Of a DNA stretch of 64,000 nt, positions 9,036-18,371 are shown piece after piece. Each line of letters begins with the position of its first letter. Positions within the stretch are counted from its first letter, which is position 1. Location of the stretch: assembly GCA_027021445.1 (NCBI GenBank), contig JALUUH010000138.1:8275-72274 (forward strand). Direction: 5' to 3'. The notes beneath the pieces are model-generated. The model worked only from the letters and a program-made list of their open reading frames with translations. It was not told the origin of the DNA and made no database searches. A program made the position numbers and the translations under genes. This stretch comes from Gammaproteobacteria bacterium (GTDB lineage: Bacteria; Pseudomonadota; Gammaproteobacteria; S012-40).

Positions 9036-12000
9036 TTACGACGAATCACTTAATGCCAGCAAACTTGCGTTGCCACCCATGGCGGTAACATTATTAGACA
9101 CTGTTTTTTCGGTCACAAATTGCTGCAAATAGTGGGGGCCACCAGCCTTCAGGCCCGTTCCCGATAAACCCTGACCACCAAAAGGTTGAACGCCCACAGT
9201 AGCGCCAATCATATTTCTGTTAACATAAATATTACCGACGTTTATGCGCTCAATAATATAATCGATTTTTGAACTTATCCTACTGTGGATACCAAACGTA
9301 AGCCCAAATCCCAACGAATTTATTTGATTAATAACATCATCTAGCTCTTCAGCCTTATAAGTATAAAAGTGCAAAATCGGGCCAAACCGCTCCACGGTTA
9401 ACTCCGATAATTGAGCAATATCTAGCAAGCTCGGCGAAACATAATGCCCGCAGCTTAAATGATCAATGGGAACCTGATAAACCAGCTTGCGTGCAGATTC
9501 GGCAATGTAATTATTCAGCTCATTTTTTGCTTGCTCACTAATAACCGGCCCTACATCGGTTTTAAACTGATTCGGCGAACCCACAATTAACTGCTCCATT
9601 GATCCAATTAATAACGCTTTAACTTTTAGTGCTATATCTTCTTGCACCACAATTACACGCAAAGCTGAGCAACGCTGACCCGCACTGTTAAATGCCGAAA
9701 ATATCGCATCAGTAACCACTTGCTCAGGCAAAGCAGTACTATCAACCAACATCACATTCTGACCACCGGTTTCAGCAATTATTGGAATTATCGTAGAATG
9801 TTTTAATGCCAATTCAGTATTTATCCAACGCGCTGTCTGCAAAGAACCCGTAAAAGCCACACCCCCAATCGCAAAACCTTGGGTAAAAATTTTAGAAAAC
9901 ACCTTTCCTTTCGCCGGCAAAAATTGCAAAACCTCGTTAGGCACACCCGCCTCTAATAACAGTTGCACCGCCCTGAATGCAACAATAGGGGTGGCAGAAG
10001 CTGGCTTAGCAATAACCGAATTACCAGAAACCAAGGCGGCCACAATTTGCCCCATAAAAATAGCTAACGGAAAATTCCACGGACTGATACAAACAAACAC
10101 ACCGCGGCCATGCAAACTCAGAGTATTAATTTCTCCCGTAGGTCCAGGCAAATTTTCTTTGCTTGAAAACAAACGCCTCGCCTGAAAAGCATAATAACGG
10201 CAAAAATCGATCGCCTCTCTCACCTCCGATAGTGCATCTGAAATACAACGCCCTCCCTCGCGAACAATAAGCGAAACCATTTCCAAGCAATGCTGCTCGA
10301 GTAAATCAGCAGCGCGCTCAAAGATACAAGATCGCTCATTAAGTGTGCGAGAATGCCAAAGCTGAAATCCATTTTTTGCGGACTGTAAGGCGGATTCTAT
10401 TTGATCATATTCAGCAAAAACAACGCTGCCAATTTTTTTATCAATATTAAATTTTTCAAAACTCGCAACAGCATTGGAATTTCGAATTATTGAACCATTA
10501 ATAATTGGGCCAATATGCCAGCACTCATGTTCTCTCGATGACAACTCCCGCTCGATATTATCATTTACCAAAAAATCGTCGAGATTAAAACCAGGTGAGT
10601 TCTTTCTATCAGGTTGAAACAAATCAAGAGGCAAAGATATATATTTATTTCTTCGACCTAACTCAGATTTTACCTGACTGACCGGATCTTCAATAATTTC
10701 TTCAATCGAAATAAGTTCATGCTCAATTCGATTGACAAACGAAGTATTGGCACCATTTTCAAGTAATCGTCGTACCAAATAAGGCAACAACTCTTGGTAT
10801 GACCCTACGGGTGCATATACTCTTACCGCAACATCTAATCCATTTTTTCCAACAGTTTTTGAATATAACGCATCACCCATACCATGTAATTTTTGAAATT
10901 CGTACCTAGATGAACTCAATGTCATTTCTGTTACAGCTGCTATGGTGTGTGCATTATGCGTCGCAAATTGTGGATAAAAATAGGCATTGTTCTGTAATAG
11001 ATATTGCGCGCAAGCCAGATAAGATAAATCAGTATTTGCTTTACGTGTAAAAACAGGAAAATCATTCAGACCTTGTTCATGTGCTCGTTTAATCTCAGTA
11101 TCCCAGTAGGCTCCTTTTACCAGGCGAACAGGAATGCAATGCCTCGTTTTTTCTGCGAGCAATCGTAACCAATTCAATACGGGAAACGCCCTCTTCTGAT
11201 AAGCCTGAACAGCAATTCCTAAACCATTCCAGTTTGCAAACTGTTGCTGCGAGAGCACACACTCAAAAACCAGCAATGACAAATTTAATCGATCAGACTC
11301 TTCAGCATCCAAGGTTAATGCGAGAGCATGAGAACAAGCAAGCTCTGCAAGAGCCATCACTTTTGGCAGCAAAAATTCTACAATTTGATCATTCTGAAAA
11401 ACTTCATACCGAGGCAATAAGGCGGAAAGTTTTACCGATATACTCGGCGCACCAAAAAAACCTTCCGATGAATCGTTCTTTTCAAGTCTTGGTTCAGAAG
11501 CCATTTCCAGAATCGCTAAACGATATTTAGTATAATAGCTTTCTGCATCGTCTGCGGTTTTTGCAGCTTCTCCTAGCATATCAAATGAATAACGAAAACT
11601 TGCATTATCTTCTTCATAACTTCTCGCTAATGCAGACTTTATATCTATACCCATCACAAACTGTTTACCTAGAATACGCATCGCTTGCTTGATTGCAACA
11701 CGTAATACAGGGTCACCAAGCTTAGCGATTAAGTCAGAAAAATAATGATCTAAGCCCGCGTCAAATTTTTTCTCAGGTTTTAATATTTTTCCAGATAACA
11801 TCAGAGCCCATGTCGATGCATTCACAAACAAAGACTGGCTATTACCCAGATGTTTTTCCCAGTTGGCCTCCGCCAACTTTTCACGAATAAGAATATCAGC
11901 CGTCAAGTCATCGGGAACTCTTAATAAAGCCTCAGCCAAACACATGAGTACAACACCCTCATCCGAAGTTAAATCATATTCATGCAAAAATGCCTCTATA

Positions 12001-12191
12001 CCTTTTTGTGATTTTTTTGTAGATCTAACTGTAGTAACTAATTTAGCAGCTCGTTTTTGAATTGACAGAATGGACTTTTTACTTGGCTGATAAACTTCAA
12101 GCAAACGATTAATACAAAATACCTCATCCTCAAGATAGGCATGGTTGATACTTTCACAAATAGTGCGTAATCGTTTATTACTATTCATCAC
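9036..12191 (-). CDS. putA: Bifunctional proline dehydrogenase / 1-pyrroline-5-carboxylate dehydrogenase PutA (no N-terminal RHH DNA-binding domain), 1051 aa
   Basis: The PRODH barrel shows 'SFDMLGEAA...VKLSAL' and 'YAPVGSYQELLPYLVRRLLENGANTSF'. The ALDH half shows 'ISPWNFPLAIF' and 'ETGGQNVMLVDSTALPEQ...SAGQRCSA'. Confidence 0.9.
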   Translation of the reverse strand: MMNSNKRLRTICESINHAYLEDEVFCINRLLEVYQPSKKSILSIQKRAAKLVTTVRSTKKSQKGIEAFLHEYDLTSDEGVVLMCLAEALLRVPDDLTADILIREKLAEANWEKHLGNSQSLFVNASTWALMLSGKILKPEKKFDAGLDHYFSDLIAKLGDPVLRVAIKQAMRILGKQFVMGIDIKSALARSYEEDNASFRYSFDMLGEAAKTADDAESYYTKYRLAILEMASEPRLEKNDSSEGFFGAPSISVKLSALLPRYEVFQNDQIVEFLLPKVMALAELACSHALALTLDAEESDRLNLSLLVFECVLSQQQFANWNGLGIAVQAYQKRAFPVLNWLRLLAEKTRHCIPVRLVKGAYWDTEIKRAHEQGLNDFPVFTRKANTDLSYLACAQYLLQNNAYFYPQFATHNAHTIAAVTEMTLSSSRYEFQKLHGMGDALYSKTVGKNGLDVAVRVYAPVGSYQELLPYLVRRLLENGANTSFVNRIEHELISIEEIIEDPVSQVKSELGRRNKYISLPLDLFQPDRKNSPGFNLDDFLVNDNIERELSSREHECWHIGPIINGSIIRNSNAVASFEKFNIDKKIGSVVFAEYDQIESALQSAKNGFQLWHSRTLNERSCIFERAADLLEQHCLEMVSLIVREGGRCISDALSEVREAIDFCRYYAFQARRLFSSKENLPGPTGEINTLSLHGRGVFVCISPWNFPLAIFMGQIVAALVSGNSVIAKPASATPIVAFRAVQLLLEAGVPNEVLQFLPAKGKVFSKIFTQGFAIGGVAFTGSLQTARWINTELALKHSTIIPIIAETGGQNVMLVDSTALPEQVVTDAIFSAFNSAGQRCSALRVIVVQEDIALKVKALLIGSMEQLIVGSPNQFKTDVGPVISEQAKNELNNYIAESARKLVYQVPIDHLSCGHYVSPSLLDIAQLSELTVERFGPILHFYTYKAEELDDVINQINSLGFGLTFGIHSRISSKIDYIIERINVGNIYVNRNMIGATVGVQPFGGQGLSGTGLKAGGPHYLQQFVTEKTVSNNVTAMGGNASLLALSDSS

Positions 12192-12230
12192 TCGTCGCTA
12201 TTTAATTAAGAACCCCAACTGGGGAAAATA

Positions 12231-12248
12231 TTGCATAGCCCTATGCAA
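12231..12248. promoter_or_regulatory. Candidate operator: 8-2-8 perfect palindrome in the putA / rocF divergent intergenic region
   Basis: The palindrome is TTGCATAG-CC-CTATGCAA. It lies between the divergent starts at 12191 (-) and 12371 (+). Confidence 0.3.
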
Positions 12249-12370
12249 AACCATGCGCTTAATAATAAAGATAATAAGATTAAAGGAATTCAATAATTGA
12301 ACCGAACTGACTACATCGACTATTCGTATTTCACCCACTCTTATGTATTGATATGCACTAGGATTTTATC

Positions 12371-13255
12371 ATGACGCAAAATAAAATTAATATTATCGGT
12401 GTAGAATCATGTGCTGGAGCGCGCGATCAACGATGTAATCGAGGACCTAAAAAAATCAGAAAACTCGGCATCGAGCGAGTATTAAGCGACAAATCACAGC
12501 AAACTTCCTGGACCAGCCTTTTTCCATCGAATCAAAGCACATCAAACAGCGCCATTAACAGCATAGATACTATTGAATATCTCTGCCGAGAACTGGCTAA
12601 TCACACTCAGTATTCGATGCGCCAGAACGAAAAATTTCTCGTACTAGGCGGCGACCATTCCTGCGCGATTGGCACCTGGAGCGGTGTATTAAATGCACTA
12701 AACAACGATCAAAATCTTGGACTCATTTGGATTGATGCACATTTAGACAGTCATCTGCCAGAGACCAGTCCGAGTGGTGCAATACACGGCATGCCTATCG
12801 CAAGTCTACTCGGACACGGTGACAAACGACTTCGGGACATCGCTAATCGGCCAAATAGGATTAAACCCAAAGATCTTAGAATTATCGGCGCCAGAAGTTT
12901 TGAAGAAGGAGAAACTTCCTTATTAGAAATCCTAGATGTCAATATAACCGACATTAATGCCGTTAACCAACGTGGTCTACATAGGGTAATTGAAGAATCG
13001 ATTGAGTACATGAGAAATACAACATCTTATTATGGGATTTCAATTGACTTAGACGCGATTGACCCCGTGGATGCTCCAGGTGTCGGCAGTCCCGCAAAAA
13101 ATGGGCTAAATGCTGACGATTTAGCTTCGGTACTCACGCTTGCAAAACACGATAATAAATTTGTCGGATTAGAAATCACTGAATTAAACCCAGCACTTGA
13201 TATTGACGAAAAAACGGCAAAACTTGCAATTACCCTTGCTCAAACCGTGTTTTAA
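12371..13255 (+). CDS. rocF: Arginase (ureohydrolase family), 294 aa
   Basis: The Mn-ligand motifs are 'GGDHSCAIG', 'WIDAHLDSH', 'SPSGAIHGMP' and 'SIDLDAIDP'. Confidence 0.8.
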   Translation: MTQNKINIIGVESCAGARDQRCNRGPKKIRKLGIERVLSDKSQQTSWTSLFPSNQSTSNSAINSIDTIEYLCRELANHTQYSMRQNEKFLVLGGDHSCAIGTWSGVLNALNNDQNLGLIWIDAHLDSHLPETSPSGAIHGMPIASLLGHGDKRLRDIANRPNRIKPKDLRIIGARSFEEGETSLLEILDVNITDINAVNQRGLHRVIEESIEYMRNTTSYYGISIDLDAIDPVDAPGVGSPAKNGLNADDLASVLTLAKHDNKFVGLEITELNPALDIDEKTAKLAITLAQTVF

Positions 13256-13330
13256 TCTAGATTAATCTTGGGTATAGCGTTAAATTAGCACGACGGTATT
13301 GTGGGATATAGAAAACCCCGAAGGAAGTCT

Positions 13331-14533
13331 ATGAGCATTATCAATCAAGAAAAACGCTTTTGTGCACATAATTACGAACCTCTGCCCGTGGTATTAGCGC
13401 GTGGCAGAGGCATTCATGTATGGGACGAACAAGGCAAACGCTATATCGATATGATGAGCGCTTATTCCGCAGCCAGTCACGGCCACGGTCACCCCCGACT
13501 CATTGCAACTTTGAATGCTCAAGCGGCTCAGCTATCCATTGTCTCGCGTGCATTTTACACCGCCAAACTTGCACCTTTCCTCGAAAAAGCCTGTTCAATG
13601 ACAGGGCAAAACATGGCTCTACCCATGAACACCGGAGCAGAAGCTGTTGAAACAGCTTTAAAAGCCGCGCGTAAATGGGCTTATACAAAAAAAGGTGTGC
13701 CCGCTGATAAAGCGGAAATTATAACCTGTGAAGGGAATTTTCATGGCCGAACTATCACCATCGTCGGGTTTTCCAGTGAAGAACAATACAAAAACGGATT
13801 CGGGCCGTTTACCCCTGGATTCAAAAATATTCCATTCGGAGATAGCGCCGCCCTTGAAGTAGCGATCACCGATAATACCGCCGCATTCTTAGTTGAACCT
13901 ATTCAAGGAGAAGGCGGGATTATCATTCCCCCAAAAGGATATCTCGCTGAATGTGCGCGTATATGTCGTGAAAAAAATGTTCTATTAATTTGCGATGAAA
14001 TCCAAACAGGTTTAGGACGAACTGGCCAATTTCTCGCCTGTGAACATGATCATGTACAACCCGATGGTGTCATTCTTGGCAAAGCACTTGGCGGCGGAAT
14101 TCTGCCCGTTTCCCTGTTTCTAGCAAGCCGAGAAGTCATGGAAGTTTTCCAACCCGGCGACCATGGCAGTACATTTGGCGGCAACCCTCTCGGAGCGGCC
14201 GTAGGACTAGAAGCACTCAATGTGACGATTGAAAAACGTCTACCCGAACAAGCTGCAAAGCTTGGCGAATATTTCATTAGTAGCTTACGCAATATAGAAA
14301 GTCCTTTGGTATCAGAAGTCCGTGGCAAAGGACTCATGATAGGACTAGAAATTGATCCTGCATATGCAACTGCGCGTGAGGTCTGCGAGACTCTGATGAA
14401 TAAAGGTTTATTGACGAAAGAAACCCATGAGACCGTTGTTCGACTCGCACCACCGCTCATCATCACCAAGGCTGAAATAGATCAAGTACTCGGAATCATC
14501 GAAAAATCATTGCATAGCCTGGCAAAACCCTAA
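13331..14533 (+). CDS. rocD: Ornithine aminotransferase (class-III PLP aminotransferase), 400 aa
   Basis: I set the start at ATG 13331, which follows AAGGAAG. Supporting motifs are 'YIDMMSAYSAASHGH', 'FLVEPIQGEGG', 'CDEIQTGLGRTG' and 'ILGKALGGG'. The gene is adjacent to the arginase. Confidence 0.8.
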   Translation: MSIINQEKRFCAHNYEPLPVVLARGRGIHVWDEQGKRYIDMMSAYSAASHGHGHPRLIATLNAQAAQLSIVSRAFYTAKLAPFLEKACSMTGQNMALPMNTGAEAVETALKAARKWAYTKKGVPADKAEIITCEGNFHGRTITIVGFSSEEQYKNGFGPFTPGFKNIPFGDSAALEVAITDNTAAFLVEPIQGEGGIIIPPKGYLAECARICREKNVLLICDEIQTGLGRTGQFLACEHDHVQPDGVILGKALGGGILPVSLFLASREVMEVFQPGDHGSTFGGNPLGAAVGLEALNVTIEKRLPEQAAKLGEYFISSLRNIESPLVSEVRGKGLMIGLEIDPAYATAREVCETLMNKGLLTKETHETVVRLAPPLIITKAEIDQVLGIIEKSLHSLAKP

Positions 14534-14689
14534 GGTAGAAGGTGGAATCTAGAATCCAGCCCCTGCAAATTCCTGATGTTATACTAATCCTACAAATCAC
14601 TTCTTCAAACGTGTCCAGACTTGATGGCCTTCTATTTCTAGACCGACTTGTAAGTCGTCGAACGATTTATTTAAACAAAAGGTATACCA

Positions 14690-15163
14690 ATGATGAAAAC
14701 CTGCCCTTGTGGTTCTAAAAAAATAGTTAGCAACTGCTGTGACAGATTCATTTCTGGAAACGAAAACCCACAAACCGCTGAAGAACTCATGCGTTCACGT
14801 TTTACCGCCTATTCCCAAAACAATTTTTCTTATCTCGAAAAAACCTATCACAAATCAACCCGCACCAGCTACAAAGATTTTAATGCCGACAGTGTGGATT
14901 GGACGGGACTCGAAATACTTGAAATTGAAAATGGAAAAATTGAAGATAACACTGGAACGGTTGATTTTATCGCACATTATGAAAGCAATAATATAAAACA
15001 TGCGATGCGGGAAAAAAGTTCTTTTGTAAAAGAAAATAAACAATGGTTTTACCTTGATGGAAAAGCGAAACCATTACCTACAACACATCACAAGAAAAAA
15101 ATTGGGCGCAACGAACCTTGTATTTGCAGCAGCGGGAAAAAATACAAAAAATGCTGTGCTTAA
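14690..15163 (+). CDS. YchJ-family protein with two SEC-C zinc motifs, 157 aa
   Basis: The N-terminus is 'CPCGSKK...CC' and the C-terminus is 'GRNEPCICSSGKKYKKCC'. Confidence 0.75.
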   Translation: MMKTCPCGSKKIVSNCCDRFISGNENPQTAEELMRSRFTAYSQNNFSYLEKTYHKSTRTSYKDFNADSVDWTGLEILEIENGKIEDNTGTVDFIAHYESNNIKHAMREKSSFVKENKQWFYLDGKAKPLPTTHHKKKIGRNEPCICSSGKKYKKCCA

Positions 15164-15189
15164 GAGACTCGTTTAACACAAACTATATT

Positions 15190-16176
15190 CTATATTCCCG
15201 GCTTAATCAGAACTTTCATCGTTCCTTTTTGCTGAGAAAAATCAATCGCATTCCCAATCTCTGACAACGGGTATATTTTTTCAATCAAACACCTAGGATC
15301 AATCAAATTGGCTTCCATCGCTTTTATGGCTTTTTCGAATGGGCCACAACGCGAGCCTATTAAAGTTAGCTCTCGAATAATAACTTGAGACAAATCAACG
15401 GTGCTAGGAAGATAAGTGCTTTTTAATACAATATATCCCAAAGAACAACAGGCCTTGATAGCGCGCTTAAAACCAGATATATGACCACTGGTTTCAATAA
15501 CCAGATCATATCCCATTGATATAATTTCACGCTCATCAATACAATTCACCGATATATCTTTTAACAAATGCTTTTGCTTAACATGCTTGGTAGAAACAGA
15601 TATTTCGTTGTCCGTTAATGCTAATACCCGCGCAATAAGCTGACCCAGCTTTCCCGCACCGATGATTAATATATTTTTGTGTTCTTCTATTCTTTCTATC
15701 TGCTCTAATATTCGAAAAGCTGCGGCTAATGGCTCAATAAACACAGCCTGCTCATCCGTCAATTGATCCGGCACATGGACTAAGGTATTTACATTGACCA
15801 GCAGATATTCCGCAAACGCACCGTTGCTAGCTCTAATGCCAATCACTTCTCTATTAGTGCAATGAGCATATTTCTCACTTGTGCAATATTCGCAGTGTCC
15901 GCACCATTGATTTATTTCAGCAACTACGCGCCTACCCTGCCATGCGCTAGCAACTGCTGAACCTAACTCCGCAACCAAGCCAACAAATTCATGTCCTGGC
16001 GTTCCTTTAAAACCGGCATAACCATTAATGATAGCTAAATCAGTAGAGCATATTCCAGCAACCAGAACTTTTAATAAAACTTCATTTTCAGAGGGCTTAG
16101 GTCTAGGCGTATCCGCTTGCAAAATCAATTCGCCATTATTGATGAAGGCAGCTTGCATTAAATCGGGCAAAACCAT
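15190..16176 (-). CDS. Zinc-dependent alcohol dehydrogenase-family oxidoreductase (MDR), 328 aa
   Basis: Supporting motifs are 'GICSTDL', 'GHEFVG', the structural-Zn motif 'CGHCEYCTSEKYAHC' and the Rossmann motif 'IIGAGKLG'. Confidence 0.75.
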   Translation of the reverse strand: MVLPDLMQAAFINNGELILQADTPRPKPSENEVLLKVLVAGICSTDLAIINGYAGFKGTPGHEFVGLVAELGSAVASAWQGRRVVAEINQWCGHCEYCTSEKYAHCTNREVIGIRASNGAFAEYLLVNVNTLVHVPDQLTDEQAVFIEPLAAAFRILEQIERIEEHKNILIIGAGKLGQLIARVLALTDNEISVSTKHVKQKHLLKDISVNCIDEREIISMGYDLVIETSGHISGFKRAIKACCSLGYIVLKSTYLPSTVDLSQVIIRELTLIGSRCGPFEKAIKAMEANLIDPRCLIEKIYPLSEIGNAIDFSQQKGTMKVLIKPGI

Positions 16177-16271
16177 TGCTTATATACCTAAAGCGCTAAA
16201 AACTGAAACGTACAAACTGCGAACACAAAGAAGCGACTTATCTCGCGATGATAGGAAAAAGGTCAAACACA

Positions 16272-16709
16272 TCAACGCCTCACTGGCATACTGATATCAA
16301 CCGATTGATTATGACTAAATAACAATGTAACAGGTATTACATCCCCCTCCTGAATAGGTTTCTTTTTATTAATCATCATCAAGTGTTTTCCAGACGTAGA
16401 AAACTCCACTTTTGCATTAGGAGGTATATCAACATGACGCAAATGCTCCATACGCATCATCCCGTCTATAATTGATGTGTTATGCATTTCTACTTTTTCA
16501 AATAAATCACTCTCTACACCGAGCAATTGAAAAGACTCATTAGGTGATTTATTGATTATCGTGAAATATCCGGCATATACTTTTACGATAGATGGCCCTA
16601 AGCGGATCCAGGCATCGTCTATCATTAAATCATTTTTTACACTCGTTGCAGCAACAGGAAAAACAAATACCCAGAATAAAACCAATGTCAGCAGAATTTT
16701 TTTAGTCAT
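16272..16709 (-). CDS. Periplasmic copper chaperone PCu(A)C (DUF461), 145 aa
   Basis: It has a signal peptide and the Met/His-rich Cu(I) motif 'VEMHNTSIIDGMMRMEHL'. It overlaps the SCO1 gene by 8 nt. Confidence 0.7.
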   Translation of the reverse strand: MTKKILLTLVLFWVFVFPVAATSVKNDLMIDDAWIRLGPSIVKVYAGYFTIINKSPNESFQLLGVESDLFEKVEMHNTSIIDGMMRMEHLRHVDIPPNAKVEFSTSGKHLMMINKKKPIQEGDVIPVTLLFSHNQSVDISMPVRR

Positions 16710-17334
16710 AATAATTAATCGACAACATCAACGCCTCACCTAATCGTTCAACTTCGTGTGGCGCCAATATATGAGTACGTAATCGTCCCTTCGGATCAAA
16801 TAAATAAACAGCACCAAAATGATTAACAATGTAATCATCTGAGGCCACATCACCTTCATAATCGTAAATCACGCCTAATGGCTCTGCAATAATATCAATT
16901 TGAGACTTATCACCACTTAAGCCAACAATCTCTTCACTGAAAAAAGAAAGATATTCTTTCAACTTTTCTGGTGTGTCGCGAGCAGGATCAACCGTGGCAA
17001 AGAGAAATAAAGTATCTTCGGGAAAATCGAATTTTTGACTGACCTTATCCATAACACCCAAACTTGTTGGGCAAAAATCAGGGCAGTTGGTATAACCAAA
17101 AAAAGCAACCGTCCATCGACCATTTAAATCAGCATTGGTAAATGCTTTTCCATTATAATCAATCAACGAAAACTCAGGTAGCTCCATTGCCGGTGATTCA
17201 ACAATGACACCTTTTAAGTGCTCGGGCATTTTTAAAGGCTCAAGCTCTCGGCTTGATAGACCAAACACAATTAAGCCAACACCAACTACAATAAGCACAA
17301 CCGAAAACAATCCTTTTCTAGCTAATTCACTCAT
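16702..17334 (-). CDS. SCO1/SenC copper chaperone / thiol-disulfide oxidoreductase, 210 aa
   Basis: I moved the start to ATG 17334 ('MSELARKG...'). It has a TM anchor, the motif 'FFGYTNCPDFCP' (CxxxC) and a downstream conserved His ('VNHFGAVYLFD'). Confidence 0.8.
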   Translation of the reverse strand: MSELARKGLFSVVLIVVGVGLIVFGLSSRELEPLKMPEHLKGVIVESPAMELPEFSLIDYNGKAFTNADLNGRWTVAFFGYTNCPDFCPTSLGVMDKVSQKFDFPEDTLFLFATVDPARDTPEKLKEYLSFFSEEIVGLSGDKSQIDIIAEPLGVIYDYEGDVASDDYIVNHFGAVYLFDPKGRLRTHILAPHEVERLGEALMLSINYYD

Positions 17335-17350
17335 TTTTAAGTACCGTGTT

Positions 17351-17782
17351 CTAACGCAAATTAAGTTTAGGAAGTTTGCTAGATTCAAATCTATACGTGA
17401 ATACTCTCGGTGGATCATCAGAGTTTATCATTTGCGCTAAAGTTAGCTTTTCTTTGCCTAAGCCGTTTTCATATTTTGTTACATACTCAAACATGTAAAA
17501 GTTTCCACTATATTTAGCATCATTCATTGCTGTTTTTACTTTAAGCGTTTGCCTTTCACCCATAACCGCATTTATTTGACCAAAATAGGCACGCCACTCT
17601 TCTCGTGTTCGAACAGCAAAAAAATCTTCGTCTGCCATATCCAATGCCGTATCATAATCTTGGTTTTTCAAGGCTTCCATAAAGACCACGGACAGTTTAT
17701 TAGCTTGCTCAGGATCCACTGAGCCACCGGTGGTACAGGAAGCAAGCATTAACATAATTATAATAAATAATATTCTCTTCAT
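17351..17782 (-). CDS. Lipoprotein of unknown function, 143 aa
   Basis: A lipobox is present ('MLMLASC'). The gene is tightly packed upstream of SCO1. Confidence 0.5.
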   Translation of the reverse strand: MKRILFIIIMLMLASCTTGGSVDPEQANKLSVVFMEALKNQDYDTALDMADEDFFAVRTREEWRAYFGQINAVMGERQTLKVKTAMNDAKYSGNFYMFEYVTKYENGLGKEKLTLAQMINSDDPPRVFTYRFESSKLPKLNLR

Positions 17783-17786
17783 TCTT

Positions 17787-18371
17787 TTATCCCTTTAGCT
17801 TTACAACTAAGCTATCAATTTTATTCTGATGTAATTTATGACGAGCTTCATTCAGTTCTGAAATATTAGTATAAGGTCCTACATACACCCGATGCCAAGT
17901 ATTGGCTTTAACATTGACTTCAACAATACGCGAAACCAGCCCCTGGAACGCCAATGTTGCTTTCAATTTATCTGCATCGCTGAAGTTTTTAAAGGACCCC
18001 ACCTGCAGAACATAAGTTCCTTTTTTTTCAGTTGAAGCAAGCGGTATAGGAACTTTACCATCAGGTAAAATATGATCCTGAGGAATATCCACTTCCATGT
18101 TTGGCAATAACTTATAAAAATCAAACGTAAAAGAGTTATCCCCGCCATCTTCATTTTGCGCCCTACTTTCCACCTTTTCAGACGGTGAAACCAAGCTTGT
18201 TTGAGTACTAGGGGCCACTCGAGTCTGCATATATAGCAGCAACGCCACAAATAATCCAACCAATAACCCTGTTAACAACCACAACCATACGGGAGCAGCA
18301 TTTGCTGGGACACTCTTATTCTTATTTGCAGTCGCTTTTTTACTACTTGATTTCGCTTTGACTGCCATCAC
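17787..18371 (-). CDS. SPOR-domain membrane protein (FtsN/DedD-like), 194 aa
   Basis: It has one TM ('VWLWLLTGLLVGLFVALLLY'). The C-terminal SPOR domain reads 'YVLQVGSFKNFSDADKLKATLAFQGL...HRVYVGPY'. It overlaps the argS stop by 4 nt. Confidence 0.75.
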   Translation of the reverse strand: MMAVKAKSSSKKATANKNKSVPANAAPVWLWLLTGLLVGLFVALLLYMQTRVAPSTQTSLVSPSEKVESRAQNEDGGDNSFTFDFYKLLPNMEVDIPQDHILPDGKVPIPLASTEKKGTYVLQVGSFKNFSDADKLKATLAFQGLVSRIVEVNVKANTWHRVYVGPYTNISELNEARHKLHQNKIDSLVVKLKG

